From positions 18,352,001 to 18,416,000 of the forward strand of contig NC_047063.1 in NCBI RefSeq assembly GCF_902459465.1: a DNA stretch of 64,000 bases, read 5' to 3'. Position numbers and translations under genes: made by a program. Shown here in pieces: positions 1 through 30,200 of the stretch (its first letter is position 1; each line of letters begins with the position of its first letter). Under the pieces are notes generated by a model that was given only the letters and a program-made list of their open reading frames with translations, did not search any database and was not told the origin of the DNA. The stretch comes from Asterias rubens. Lineage: Eukaryota.

Positions 1-3000
1 TTTTACAATTCAAAGAACAAATTTCTAGTTGGTTTCCCAAAGTTTCACGTTCAAAATTAGTGACCCTTTTCACAGGACATGCTAAATAAACTGATACATC
101 AAACTGCGCTTGTTGAACACTAATAGTTTCCAGGCATTACAAGCAGTTCTTAAATTGCTACCACCTTTCACCATACACGCAGTACCGAAAAAACAACTTC
201 GTTCACCCATTTTGCATCAAAATGTTTTGACTGAACATGTTTTGTGCACACTGAATGCTAATAGTAATACTGAGTAGCAACTGGTGATTTTTGAGTAGGA
301 ACAATACATTTTGGATAGCATTTTGATATAATGTTACACCATATGCACATTTCACAAGGGAAATCTTTCACTGTATACAATGAATTGATTCCCTAGAATC
401 CATCCTGGAAATGACCCCTTTAAAAATGGCAAACCGATCAAGCTGCACTACACATACATGTACTGTAATGTGTATGCTAATACAAAACACACACAAATAA
501 AGTGTGCTTTTGGTAAAGGACTAATACATGTAATGTAACTCAAAACTTCACATCTGTGTTGAATAACACAAAGTAGGCAACATGTTAGGCAGGGCCCAAA
601 TGAACATGAACATGATGAACATTTGTGTCGTAAATTTGTATTGTGCATTGTACACATTTACACTGTACATCATGGTGCAGTAAGACTTTGATACTATATT
701 ATTAGTACATTGTACATACAGTATGTACATTATGTACAGAAAATCCTGTACAAAAGCACAGCACATAAACAAAACTGTATTTTTTTCCCCCTACATGTTG
801 ACTTAAGCCCCTTTCACACAAGAGCAAATTAGCAAGGGTCCCTTGCTAGATTGTAGCATCTTGTACAACTTCAATGAATACATACCTTGTGTTAAAGGAC
901 AACAATTGTTTCTACTGTCCAAGTTCTCTTGCATTTGCAATATCTGGTCAAGCATTGCTACATTTTACAACCATGCTAAAATTAAGCAGGGGATCCAAGT
1001 TAAATAACTGTTGTCGTGTGAATAGCACTTCATTATAGGAAACCATTTGTTTTTTAATAATGCTGTGGTGTAGCAGCCACGTGTACCATACAAAAATGTA
1101 CAGTGTTATTTATGTTGCAGAGAAATCAACACATTTCAGGTCAACCCTTCATTACAGTTAAACCCTAGACTAGACTCATTTACAGGTCACTACCGGTTGC
1201 CATGGTGATGCCATGATTACAAAAAAAAGCTGACAAATAAACACTGGTGTTGGTTGGTGGTGAAGGCCCTGGCCTCCCTAGCCTGGCAGACAAACACCAA
1301 CCTTGTGTTAAGTAGAAGGCATCTGTCATACCTTAGCAATAGCCTGGAGGAAGGGCAAGGGGACCACATTGGATTCTTTCCAGCCAGGATTCCTTCATTT
1401 AAAAAACACTTTTAAAAAAGGGTGGGGACAAAAATTTGGTTCCAGAAAGAATAATGCATCCATTCACAATCACATCCTCTGATTGTTTTTCCACATAAAC
1501 CTGGGAAAAACACTACGTGAACATATTATGGATACAAGTTTGCAAAACTGCATCAACCCCACAGCACTTCATGTCATAAGCATTTCATGCATGTGATTCC
1601 TGCTAGTGTGGCAAAATGGCTGTGTATAAAGAGCCTAGGACAATGCTAAGAAGCTACATGTATGCTCTGTAGCTTATTTTTTTTTAATCAAAATGGCAAA
1701 TCCACTAATTCAGTCAAATTCTTGTACAAAACATGAGGGGAATTTAAGAAGATTAGTTTTTTTTTTTTATTACAAAGATTTGATCATGTAGGCTGACAAA
1801 TGCTGGGGGATATTACACCTTGTTTTAAACAAATTTGCATCTTTTCAAGAGTACAACTTGCCTGCACAAATACTCTTTTTACCCAGTTATATTGTTTTAT
1901 TTGCTTGTTTGTTTGGTTGTTTGATAATTTCTGCCTCAAGCTGAATCATTCGTCTGTTCTTCGTGTGTTGTGGCCGAGCAGTCTGCATGGCATCGGGCTC
2001 ATGTTCTGATGCTTGAATCATTGGAGTGTGGGTTGGAGTCCTGATCAAGACCACATTCAATGAAAAAGGGAATTTCTGCTTTTAAATCTAAGGTTTTTTG
2101 GTCTGTCAAAAATTTTCAACATTGTTTACACATGTAGGTTGTACAATTCAAAGAGAAACTACTTTTCGGGACCCCCCCCCCTTCCCCCAAGTAGTGATTA
2201 ACCAGAGATGCCAACATTGAATTTAAAAAAAGAGTAGCATCTCCCAAAAGTTAAGGGCGAGCGTGGCTTGGGCTCCCTAAACCGATTTTTCTATTACCCT
2301 CTACAATGCTAATTAGCTCATTTTCAGACATTGTCGTGAAATAACAATTACCTCTGTATGCACCACCAGAACAGCTACAAATGTTTATAATGGCCAGTGA
2401 AAAAAAAACATAACAAAGGGTGGCCTTACTTAAATGTTTTTGTTTTAATGGTCATAAATAGAACCCACACAATCCATCCAGATAAACCGTTTACATCTAT
2501 TTTTACGTTCGTTACAAATTTATTGATTGATCAGGACAACCTTCAGCTTGAAAACAAAAGACTTGTTATTCTCATGTTTGTCTCTGTGTCATTTCGTCTC
2601 TAGGCGCAGGTGATTCCCGACAGTCAGCAGGGTATTTTAATATTTCCACCGTGCCCGAGAAAAACAGTTTTGGAATCCTGGGGTTCACAGAGGACTGAAA
2701 TGTACTGCAGAATGTCGTGGCTTGTAATTCTTTTAGATGACCTTTTTTGGCCAGCTGTTTGTTACATAGAAAACTATTCTTCAGTTTTTTGACATCAAAT
2801 ATAGATCAGCATTGTCGCCAAAGGGTATTAAGACAATTTCAGGAGGAGCTGTCTGTGAATCATTCTTTATTTTTTTCTTTAAGGCCAGGTTTTTCAAAAA
2901 AAGGAGGAAGAGGGGCTTTTTATTTTTTATTTCAAGATGGCCGCCATTCTTTGTTAAAAATTTCAAATATCCATTGTTTTTTCTACTGCTGAAACACACA

Positions 3001-3047
3001 AAACATAAACGAAACAATTTAGTAGAGGCATTCAGACAAGACATTCA

Positions 3048-3223
3048 CAGGGCTGTATGCTTCGTTTTTGAAAGGGCAAGGGCACCAAGGCATTTTCTTC
3101 TTGGTGAAGGGCACCCTATGATGAAATTGCAAAATTGTACTTGAGCATTTCAAGGGCACCAAGGCAATGACCAGGGGACACGGAGGCAATCGCCTTCATT
3201 GCCTCCGTGAAGTATCAGGCCTG
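3048..3223 (+). repeat. Interspersed family G (about 175 bp, caggcctg ends, internal gggcaccaaggc repeats); copies at 4265-4429 (-), about 7945-8105, 9437-9600, 17448-17550, 18130-18257, 54335-54550, 59099-59279, 60093-60268 (-), 60394-60570 (+)
   Basis: Ten or more recognisable copies with the same gaaagggcaagggcaccaaggcattt core. Confidence 0.8.
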
Positions 3224-5016
3224 CATTCAGATTGTTTTTGCTGAGATCAAAATAACCCTATTTATAAAATATAAAAAAATAAAATATAAAATGTGCATAA
3301 AAAAATAAAATAAAAAATAAAATAAAAAAGGAGGCGGCCTGTAAAACGTGTTTCTTTTTTTACTTGGCCTAATTTGGCCTACATGTGTTTCCTTCCACTG
3401 AAGGAGGAACGGATCTTTGCACAAACATTTCAATTTCATTCTATCTTAAATTGTCTGTTGCCATGCAATGTTCCTACTAATGTCTTACATTAGTCCATTA
3501 GTCTCCCTCTTTTTTCTGGTTTGGTTTCTTGGTTGTCTGTAAATAAATTTACACAACTGACTGCAGATAATTGATTGTCCTGATTATTGAAAAATTATGG
3601 GCCAAGTTCACTTTAGGTTTGTGGTCTTTATTTGAAGGTAGTGAAAGGAAGACTTTATTAGCAAGTTATAAAAAAAATTATAAAGTAAATTGCATTATCA
3701 GATTTTATGTGTACGTAAAATTTGTCTGTTTGATATTAAGAATAAGTTTTCACCAAATAAATATTCGTATTATGCCTTGCCCTTTAATTATCTTTACTTG
3801 ACGCTTCAAAGTTCAACTACTTACAAAGCTACAAGAATTTGTTTAAAATAATTTTTACGAGTTCACCTTGTATGAAACTGTAGCTTTGCATTAGCCATAA
3901 TAATGTTCCAGCTTATTATGCCCCATAATAATTCATTTCACAAGACAGTTGTCTTGAATGAACCATCAGTACATTTTGTAGCTACTGTAGTCCTTTCTTG
4001 ACATAAAGGTCAAGCAGGAAGCTACACTTAGCTCACTATAGGGTCGATCAATTTTTAACTATCAGAGCCAATTTCTAATTAAATTTCCAGTTCCCACCCG
4101 AACAAGACATCGGGCAGAAGAATCTTTTGACAAAAATCCCCACCCGGTTCAAATTCAATTCCAGAACACAAAAGCTTTTAAATAGCTATCTGGTTACAAA
4201 AGTCCATTCATTGTGTTTTAAAGGGCTAACATCTGCACACTAAAAAGGTTGATCTTCAAGTTGGCAGGTCTGATTCTTCATGAAGGCAACTAAGGCGATT
4301 GCCTTGGTGCCCTTGAAATGCTTGCTTAGAAATTTACAATTTCCTCAGGGTGCCCCTCACATGTACAGTGTACCTAGGAGAAAATGCCTTGGTGCCCTTG
4401 CCCTTTTAAAAATGAAGCATACAGGCCTGAGTTGGGCTATTTATTGTTGTTCTCATTTCAATTCTGATCTTTAGGCCTAAACAAAAAATCTGGTCAATTT
4501 TGAGAGCTCAACAGTACAAGCCCAGTGATTTTGTGAATTTCCCAATAGAATTTGAGCTTTAAAGAATATAAAGACTTAAAAAAACGAGGCCAAGACCGGG
4601 GTTCGATTTCACAAATTGATGAGAAATTAGAATCATCTTGAAAGGTGGGTTGTCGGTATCACAATAGTGGTTTGAATTGTTATGGCACACTTTGATTAGA
4701 AAAGATTTATACACAGCAAAGATCCGTCTTAAATCATTGTGAAATCAGCATCGTGGGACAACAAGGGCTACGGTTTCAATGACCTTCATTTTAGGAGTTC
4801 CAGGGATGGACTGCTCATAATAAATAAATAATAGTAACAGCTTTAGGCTAATACAGCGGTTTACATTGTTTATGGTTATCTCAAAGTACACATCATTATG
4901 TACTTCCAGACAGGTTTTTGAATGTTTTGAATATGACTGATTTATGTAACACCTTACATGTATAAAGGTTTACAAGGTGCTTTGGCGCAACTGCCAGAAA
5001 TGCTGGGGCGAGCCCA

Positions 5017-5381
5017 CACTGGACACTATTAGTAATTGTCAAAGACCAGTCTTCTCACTTGGTCTGTCTCAACATATCTGCATAAAATTACAAACCTATG
5101 AAAATTTGAGCTCAATTGGTCGTCAAAGTTGCGAGATAATACTGAAAGAAAAAAACACCCTTGTCACACGAAGTAATTTTCCATGAATTTGATTTCGAGA
5201 CCTCAAAATCTAATTCTGAGGTCTTGAAATCAAATTCATGGAAAATTACTTCTTTCTCAAAAACTACGTTACTGCGGAGGGAGCCGTTTCTCTGAATGTT
5301 TTATACTATCAACAGCTCCCCATTACCCGTTACCAAGTAAGGTTTTATGCTATTAATTATTTTGAGTAATTACCAATAGTG
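5017..5381 (-). mobile_element. TTAA-flanked MITE family A (Kolobok-like)
   Basis: Reverse copy of the element at 39920-40299, TIR core cactggacactatt(g)gtaatt. Confidence 0.8.
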
Positions 5382-6012
5382 TTACATGTAAGTCAAAGGT
5401 TCGTATAAATGTACCTCTATGGTATAATTTTAAACTAAGATATTTTAGCTTTAAAAAATAATACAAAATTAATGCAAACAGTATTGAACAGTTATCAACA
5501 GACAAGCTTGAGTCTGCTACACTTACCAACACAAATAGTAGCTTTTTCTAAAGTTCAAAATAATGTACATTGTACTTTATGTTCACCTGCATTATGTACA
5601 TGTACTAGATAGTTAAAAACACTCCACCATAATTAGTTGGTTAAATAACTAATTATGATCCCTCATTGAAATGCTGTGTGGATAAATTACTACAGCTAAT
5701 AGAATTAGCTGCTGCAAATTAACTTACCAACAGAAAGGGCTGATGGTATGAATGCAAAAAATAGTTAATGATGGCCTGACGATTCAACCCTAGAAGAGTT
5801 TTTCTTGAAAGGTAGCCTTAGAAAAAGACTCTGCTAGGGTCGAAACATCAAGCCATTAGGATCATTACAGTATTGGTAAAAAACAAAAGTCGTGAAGATC
5901 ACAAATTTACCTAAAACTTATATGGTCTAATGATAATGATAATAAAAAACATCTCTTCAAATATTTCTGTCTGAAATGTCATCTTTGATGAGAAGTAAAT
6001 AATCTAATTTCA

Positions 6013-22132
<16,120 letters not shown>

Positions 22133-22860
22133 TGCGAGTGACCGAGTGTTACCTAATTATGATGACTCTACTGGTTGTTCTCTATCCCCCATTTGATGAG
22201 CATCACTACTGTCAGTATTCCGTTACCTTTCTTGTCTGTGCACGTATCACGTTTCAATCCATCAACTGTGATTTACTGCAATGCTTCTGCGTATAGATGA
22301 GCCTAAAACAAAAGGATTCAGGAGACTACATTGTTAATGTTGGCTATCAGATAGAAAAGATGCACTTAGCCTAATGGATCAACCCCATTTACATCAATCA
22401 TAGTAATATGATTTCTTCTTTCACTAATATATTGAAGGTTACAAATATCCTTACTTATTTTGAAGAGTGGTTTTCTTATTTGTCCACCACTGTATAAAGA
22501 CACTTACATTTAAAATATTTGTTTAGCTCCCTGAGGTGTTTGTAACTGTCAAACCAGTTCTCGAGGCGAAGTCAAGGGCAAGGGAACTTATTAGTCAAAT
22601 TTCAAGTTCCAATACCGGTGGAGAGCTATTGACTGTCATGCTTTCCACCCGACATAAACCATGTTATGTTTGTTTAACTCTATCTCATACTTCTCTAGTT
22701 CAGCATAATTGAGGTCAGGAAAATGCTGATTGACATTTACGTGTGCTGCTACTTTTAGCCTAATGTAGGGTAAGAAATTGGTCCATTACTTAAAAATGTA
22801 GCTCTGCGCACCTTGCAGGAACAAAATTACTCAGCACTTTGAGATGCCCATCAGGTGTGA

Positions 22861-23302
22861 TTAAAGGGTATATATAATATGGACTTTTTCCTAACAAAAA
22901 ACACAATGTCCACAGATTTACATTAAACTTAAACAGTTTGAAGATTATGATAGTAGAAAGCTTCCCTTGAAATTTTACTTACTGACGTGCTGTAGTTTTT
23001 GAGAAATGAGTAAAAGTAATAATTTTCGTCTCAGTTTTAGCATGTAAAAGCGTATTAACCAGTTATGCTATGGTTTTGGTATGATATCATAAATGGTTAA
23101 GGGGATTTTACATGCTAAAATAATTTTGGTCTCATGAGACCAAAATTATTTTGTGACTTGTTTTACTCATTTCTCAAAAACTACACAACCTTAGTTAGTA
23201 ATAATTGAAGGGAAGCTTTCCACTATCATTATCTTCAAACCCTGTAAGTTTAATGCAAGTCTGTGGACAAATCTGTTTTGAAAAAGTACCCGAATCCTTT
23301 AA
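22861..23302. mobile_element. MITE family C (reverse orientation, longer centre)
   Basis: ttaaagggtatata...aaaaagtacccgaatcctttaa, with gtctcatgagac inside. Confidence 0.8.
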
Positions 23303-23853
23303 AGGGCTAATTAAAGAACTCATTATGGAAAAGTTTCCGTATGGCACCACCACTTTTTCATTCAATATGAAATAATATAGAATCTAATTTACCTCAATGA
23401 GATATCCTGTTTTTCTAAAAGATGAGTGAAAAAGTGGTGGCGCCATACGGAAAGTTATCCCTTTAATAATTATGTGATGGTGAATGGATCAGTGAGAAGC
23501 CAGTTCTCAATCATGAATATTTATGAGGTATTAATTATACAGGATATTCTGCAACTTAGGCTATAAAAAAACATAACAAAAATTTGTTGATGTTGTAAAA
23601 ACTTTAATTTCTGCTTTTTAAAAGCTTCCCTTCATAATATTTTTTATCAGTGGGAATAACAGAAGACCTTCCGCATCCTGCCACCACTTTTTCACTATTT
23701 TTTTACAAAAAGGAATAGGCCTACCTCATTTTTTTAATATAATAAGTAAGACACTATTTATTATTTAAATAAATTTAATTTCATAATGAATGAAAAAGTG
23801 GTGGCCGGATAAGGATACTTTTTCCTAACGTTTTATTAGTAAAATAGCAAAAT

Positions 23854-24040
23854 TACAATAAAGATCAACTCCAAGTGTCAACTCCAACTCCAAGTGTTTA
23901 GAATGTCTGTCATGATTTTGGAAAGTGGAAAAAAAGGACGAATCTGATCACGAGTCTGGCAAAAACTGGTCAAAACTGCTAGTTACACCGATAATATCAG
24001 TCTTGTGTTGTTCAATGGAGGGTTACGATTATCGCAACTA
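23854..24040. mobile_element. Solo terminal-arm fragment of the same MULE-like family
   Basis: Matches 61997-62193 (tacaataaagatcaactcca...ggagggttacgattatcgcaacta) with an internal deletion and a short duplication. Confidence 0.85.
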
Positions 24041-24699
24041 AATGCCTGTGGCCACAAATTACATACCTTCTACATTAATAAAAAACTGGCCACCCTACCA
24101 TGCCTACTTGAAATGAACGAGATCAAATTACAATGATTCATTCAATGAATTGCATATGAATTTGTTGATTATGAGCAGCCCGGCCAGACCAGAGGATCTG
24201 CACAAAAACACAGACACTAGACAGAGCAGACAGAGTCCCAGTCACAGCAGTCTCACCACCTCATCACTGTCACATTCACAATACTTCATGTACTTACATA
24301 AATCATAGTTGGCGAATTTAACCTGATTCACGTTAACTTCTTGAAAGCCGAGTAATATATGGGTAATATATCCACAGAATCTTAACCCCTGAACTAAAGT
24401 TTGTAATCAACACACACAGCACAGCAGGCTGGACACCTCGGTTGTCAGGTTTGTGTACGTCCGTACCGTACGCTTGATCATGTGAAGCTTATTTTGTTTG
24501 TACACATTTCACTAAATCGTTCACACACCACACAAGAATTTCATCATTGTTCCACGGTTCCAGACCTCATACTTTCTACATGACAAGTTCGCAGTATTAA
24601 CACATCTTTACACTTACCTGTCATATTACAATTAGTTCATTTCAGCTGTTTTCTAATGAGTCATTCACAGTCAGAGTAGGGTGTTTCTCGTTTAAAAAT

Positions 24700-27202
24700 A
24701 TTCCGTTTAAAAACATACACAGCTTAAAAAATACTGATCGATTGACCATCGCTGGTTCCGATAATATTACTCCTAATTCGCTATCAATACCACAATGGTA
24801 ATTCCGGGTACCAAGGATCATGGCAGTGGTTTATGATGGTACTCTGCGTGTAGGCTATGAGTTCGAAACGACGTATCAGGTTACCAGTTTTCAAACGAGC
24901 GTGTGTGTGTGGGTGTTAAAATAAAAGGAAAGACTAAGCTAGTCTAATTATAAAGAGGCGAGGAGGGGCATTATCACTAGGCCCCAAAAGGGGGTACAAA
25001 GGGAAAACAATCGTTTGATATGCAAATTAATTTTAAGAAGACATCTCACCTAAAAAGTTACACGACATTGCGAGTGTTTCTTACTCCATGTATATTGTGG
25101 TGTAAACAAGTTGTTCATAATAATCTGATATAAAACCCAATACCCTCGGCACCTCTTCTTCTTCTTCTTTCCGGGGAATCCCGGATCAGATTTTATCCGC
25201 CGGCCGCCGCCCGCCGGCAGCACACAGCTAGGTGGCCTATTGAATTCGGCAAGTGTGTTGTTGGAATTGTATATGCCAAGTTTTATTGCCCGGAGTAAGC
25301 GGCAACTTTTTTGAAATAACGGAAACGGGTAATTTTTCCTTCGCAGGGCCGGAGGAGGGCCAAGAGAGGGTGTCCTATATGAATCTGTCCGCCTCTTCTG
25401 TAGACTGGGCCCCTGTTCATCAAGAGCCTTGAAGTCTAGTCCCCATTTTGTAGAATAGCGTGGGTTGAAGGAGGATCAAAAGAGGGCGCTTATGGGGAAC
25501 AAGCGGCCGGGGAGCAATTTTTTTTTCCCAAACGACACTTGCAATGATTTGGTAAAAAAAGCACGCCAATTTCATCGTAATATTGACGGCAAGAGCCAAA
25601 TCACAGCGGCAGGGGGAACAAGTATTGCAATGTCGTTTGGGGAAAAAATATTCGCAGGGCGGGGCAACAGAATTTCCTGTCATAAGTCAGTGCAGACTAC
25701 ATGCATGGTTCGGGTTTTACCTCCATTATGCAGGGCTAAAACGAAAAAATTAAACTGATTTAGACTTCCATACCATGATATAATGACTTCGTTATGTCAC
25801 ATGTTATTTACTGTAGGTTTCACCGGTCAATTAAAAATCAATTCGTTTATTTTAACAACCGGGTGCATTTGATCACTTTCGTTTCAAAAGAACGCTCGAC
25901 CGTTTATCATGAGCATCAGCAGTCAATTTAATGAGTAAATCAATTTCAGTAAACTTTTCTCAACCAACCAACCAACAGCACGAGCGGATGAACCATGGTG
26001 TTTACGGGGCATAAATTTTGTAGAGTGGTGTCTTGCGAATGCCATAGAAAAAGAATGACTGAAACGAAAATGGCAAATCTAAACGAAATGGATTACAGTA
26101 AAAGAAAAACCCCTAGGGGGCCTATAGTTTGAAAACTTTCGAATGCGCATTACTTATAATGGAAACCAATTTGGGGAGGATTTGAGGCATTGCGTGGTGA
26201 GGTATCAATGTATAATAATTTGGTTTGCGGTAACACACTGTGTATTTGCCATAGGTAGAGTTTGTTCTTAGAGAACTGTCTTGCTTTATTCTACTGTCGC
26301 GGAGGGCGGGGGGAACCAAATTTTTGAAGAAACTGGTCAGGAAAACCTATAGGTCTACTTTCTATCATCGATACATCATGAGATTTAGGGACAAATTACT
26401 TTTTTGGCCCCCATCTCTCCGTACAAACGCTCAAAATGAGAGAAAAGGTGCGTTGAGTCCTGAATACCGGCGGTAGACATGTGGTTTTTGTTTTAAAAAG
26501 AATGTCGGGAGCATGTGGGGGGTCTGGACCGTCGGAGCCTGACACCCACCCCTTGCTCGATGGATGGCGGCGCAAGTTTGTTGAGTTCGGCATTTTCTCC
26601 TCACGGGGGGCGCGTCTAGCTTCGTAACTATTTTTTGTTTTTTGTTTTTAAAATTAGGTCGTGCAAGAGAAAGTTTGCAGTTCGAACCTGCAGTCATTCA
26701 ATCCGCAAACAAACCTTGGAGGGATTAGTAGGCCCGCGCCCCTTACTCAAAAATGAACTAAGACGTGATTATGAACACAAACAGGTACGATATGGGCGGC
26801 GGGAACGGCCCACATGGAAGGAAGCAACACAATGCCAAAGAAACGAAGTGCGAGTACAAAAGACAAGTTTTAATGCTTAGCTTTGACTTTGCATAATATC
26901 ACGCCGATAGTTTTTAGGACCTCAATCTTTTGTAAAACAAAATAATGGCTGAGTATCAGCAAGGTTTGATATACTTTCAGGGACTTTTTTTGCAAAAGGT
27001 CAAACTATTCAATTTGTATTCCCCTCGACTTCCGGTTTCAGATTGAAAACAACTTTTGGCAAAAATAAATGCTCACAATCCCACAAGCACATGGTGGCTC
27101 TAGAGCTAGAGAGGGCGCTAGTTCCAAATAACAGAACGACCGCCGAGCTTGTGTGATAGGGGATAGGGGATCGAAGCAACATCACTTTTTTGATCAGAAA
27201 AC
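24700..27202. promoter_or_regulatory. Divergent intergenic/promoter region between MAGI and UROC1 with CpG-rich patches (about 25140-25700 and 26400-27180)
   Basis: Local GC and CpG enrichment (for example ccgccggccgccgcccgccggc at about 25198) between two outward-facing 5' ends. Confidence 0.5.
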
Positions 27203-30200
27203 ATGGCTTCCTTGAAAGATATTTGTGACGGGCTTCCAGTGGATCCTCTGCCTCCTCCCAAACCGAGAGATTCTAACACGGCACATGCACCAACCAGGGT
27301 GCCCAACCTTACACCAGAGGAAGAGAGGGTGAGTGGTGAATGAAGAAAGAGATTCAGTGACAACTGACATTGATTGTGTTCAATGAGAAGATTCAATTCA
27401 TTGCCATTGGATTGTGTTGTATTGTGTTTTACAGAAGTTATGCAACGACAACGTGGCAACCTATGGTGATTGGTGGGTTTCGTGGGGCGTGATGTGGGTG
27501 TTCCCATGTTTTGTTTGTGATTGTCTACACGATCGCGAGGAACTCACATTTGAATGGCTTTTCATGATTGACTATATGAGTGACTCTTCTGAGCAATAAC
27601 TTTCCGTATGGCGCCACCACTTTTTCATTCGATATGAAATAATCTAACTTTAATTCACCTCTCAATGAAATATATTCCTCAATGAGGCCTATCCCTGTCT
27701 TTTGTAAACAAAGTGAATTAGTCATAGTGCTGACGCGCCATGCGGAAAGTTATCCAGACTTCTCCTACAACTCTATGAGGTTCGTTCTGCTACCGTCGCT
27801 TCCACGAACCTCATACATAGAGTGACATAAACAAAATCCTGTTTGAAGCTTTTTGCACTTCAGTTTATACATTTACAATTACAAACATGCCGATCGATTA
27901 TTATAGGTTTCTCTGACTGATCTCGCAAAAATTGTTATTATTTTTGTTTTTTAAAGATCTCTCTATAGTGTTTTCTGTTCTCTCATTGAGTGTTGCGTTG
28001 GTCTAGAAAATCCACTCCCTTATTAGATCCAGTAACTGAAGCGCTGTGCTCTTTTTTTTTCTACGAAATTTGTCATTATCCGTCGTACGACCGATAATGA
28101 CAAATTTTGAAGAAAAAAAAAGGAGTGTAGCGCCCAAGGTACTGGATCTTCTCACTTATAAAGTCCTGCATAAGTTTTTAACTGTCTTTTTTAAGTGTCT
28201 ATTTGTTCTGGCATCTTAATCTTGAATACCTTATCTAGGTAGATACATGAGCTATAGACTATAAATGTTGTCACTGTAGTCTCGAGAAAAAACCCCAGTG
28301 GTTTTAATAAAACCATTGCATTTGATAAAAAACATAGTGACCACTGTTCCCTCAACCTCTCCCTTTTGATTTTACAGCTTGCTTTGCAGAATGCTTTGCG
28401 ATATTTCCCATCGGAGCTCCATGACGTCTTGGCACCAGAGTTTGCTCAAGAATTGAGACAGTATGGCCACATTTACATGTATCGCTTCCGTCCTGACATT
28501 GAAATGAGGTACTGTTTTAGGCAAGACTTTATACTCAAACCATTTACATATTTTCAAATGTATATTAGTTTAAGATCATTTCTCCTTAAAGATGTGAAAT
28601 GTTTAAATTTTTTTGAGTTAATTTATTGGTCATGCCTGGTTTTATATAAAACATGGTTTAAATAACACAATATTATTCATTGCAAAAAAAGAAAAGAAAA
28701 GAAAAGCAGACAGATACTCAAGTTAAAGTGCACTTGATACATTATAAGTTTACTTAACATCCAGAAACAAAACAAATCACACAGTTCATGAAAAAAGGTG
28801 AAGAACTGATGACAAAAGCCGTGGATTTTCACTTTGCATTTACGCATGTATTGTGAGGTCAGACTGGCTCATCAACCATCATAAAAAAATATAGAAAAAA
28901 ATTAAAAGATTGTCCACCTTCTTCAAATGTTGGGGAACTTTATTCCCTCAGTGTTGCTAATTTATACTAATGAAAGCATTTGTGCCTCACACAAATCATA
29001 TTATTGAAAGCATTGTTATTATTTTGAAATTGACTATTGATTTGCTTTTTATTTCAGGGCTTACCCTATCAATGAGTACCCATGTAACTCCAGACAAGCT
29101 GCCGGCATCATGCATATGATTATGAACAACCTCGACCCAAGGGTGGCTCAGGTTGGAAATTTTCCTTCAAATTGTTTTAAATAAACACATATTTTGGTTG
29201 TGAGCCCAAAAGCTTTGAGGAGTTAGGTTATGTTATAAAAGGGAACACAGACAGTCATTTTCCAGAAATGTTTACATCTGTCCAATTTCCTCCCTGTTTC
29301 TTGTTTAGTTTCCTCATGAGTTGGTAACATACGGTGGCAACGGACAAGTCTTTTCCAACTGGGCCCAGGTACTGTATCTTTACATTTCAGTGATACTAAC
29401 TTATTTAGTCAGGGATAAAGAGTATTATTTGGTTTAACCCGTACACCAAGATCTGTAAAAAAGATTCCACAGGCATGTTTCTCGATTGGGATTCAAAGCA
29501 ACGACCTTGGCCTGGGAGCTAGAGGCAGTTCAAATTGCATAAATCAGCTGGTACTGTAACTATGCTAAACTTCGCAATAAAATAATATCATTTTGGTTTT
29601 CCCCATACACTGATGTCTACTTTAGAAAGGGTAGGTGGGTTGGAATCACACCCTAATAACATACCTGTGATTATTTATCCCGAGGGTACTGAAAATGTCA
29701 GTCAGAGTCAGACCTCGCTGTTTCCCACACTCTTGACTTCTCTACCACATCAAATACAAACTACAAAAGCTAAAACACAGTTCAGATCTGCTTTTCAATG
29801 TGTGTACATGTAGTTTTACCTGTGTTTGTAAATCCGTTTGCATAAATGTTGTGTTAATTATTACTATTATTATTATCACTTTTCATTGCGTTATAGTTTC
29901 GTCTAGTGATGCATTATCTATCTGAGATGACGGATGACCAGACTTTGGCGCTCTACTCAGGACATCCAATGGGTCTCTTCCCTAGTCACATCGATGCACC
30001 TAGGGTGGTAGTCACTAATGGCATGGTATGAATAATGATACTGGCCTCGATTGGGAAAATCAAATTTTGTGTTAGAAGTTAGCAACCCCAGTCACCATGT
30101 TAACCGAGCCACAGTAAAATCAAGCGGGCAGCAAAAAATGAGTAAAATTACACCTTGTTGAATTGGTCACATATCACAATTTTCCTGAACAGCAAAACTC

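Larger units (their letters stand above)
22133..24700 (-). other. MAGI: Probable MAGI 5' UTR: acceptor at 22302 and an upstream non-coding exon ending at 24618
   Basis: Minus strand ccttttgttttag|gctcatc at 22303/22302 and gacag|GTAAGT at 24618/24617. No transcript evidence, and the upstream limit of the exon is unknown. Confidence 0.5.
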
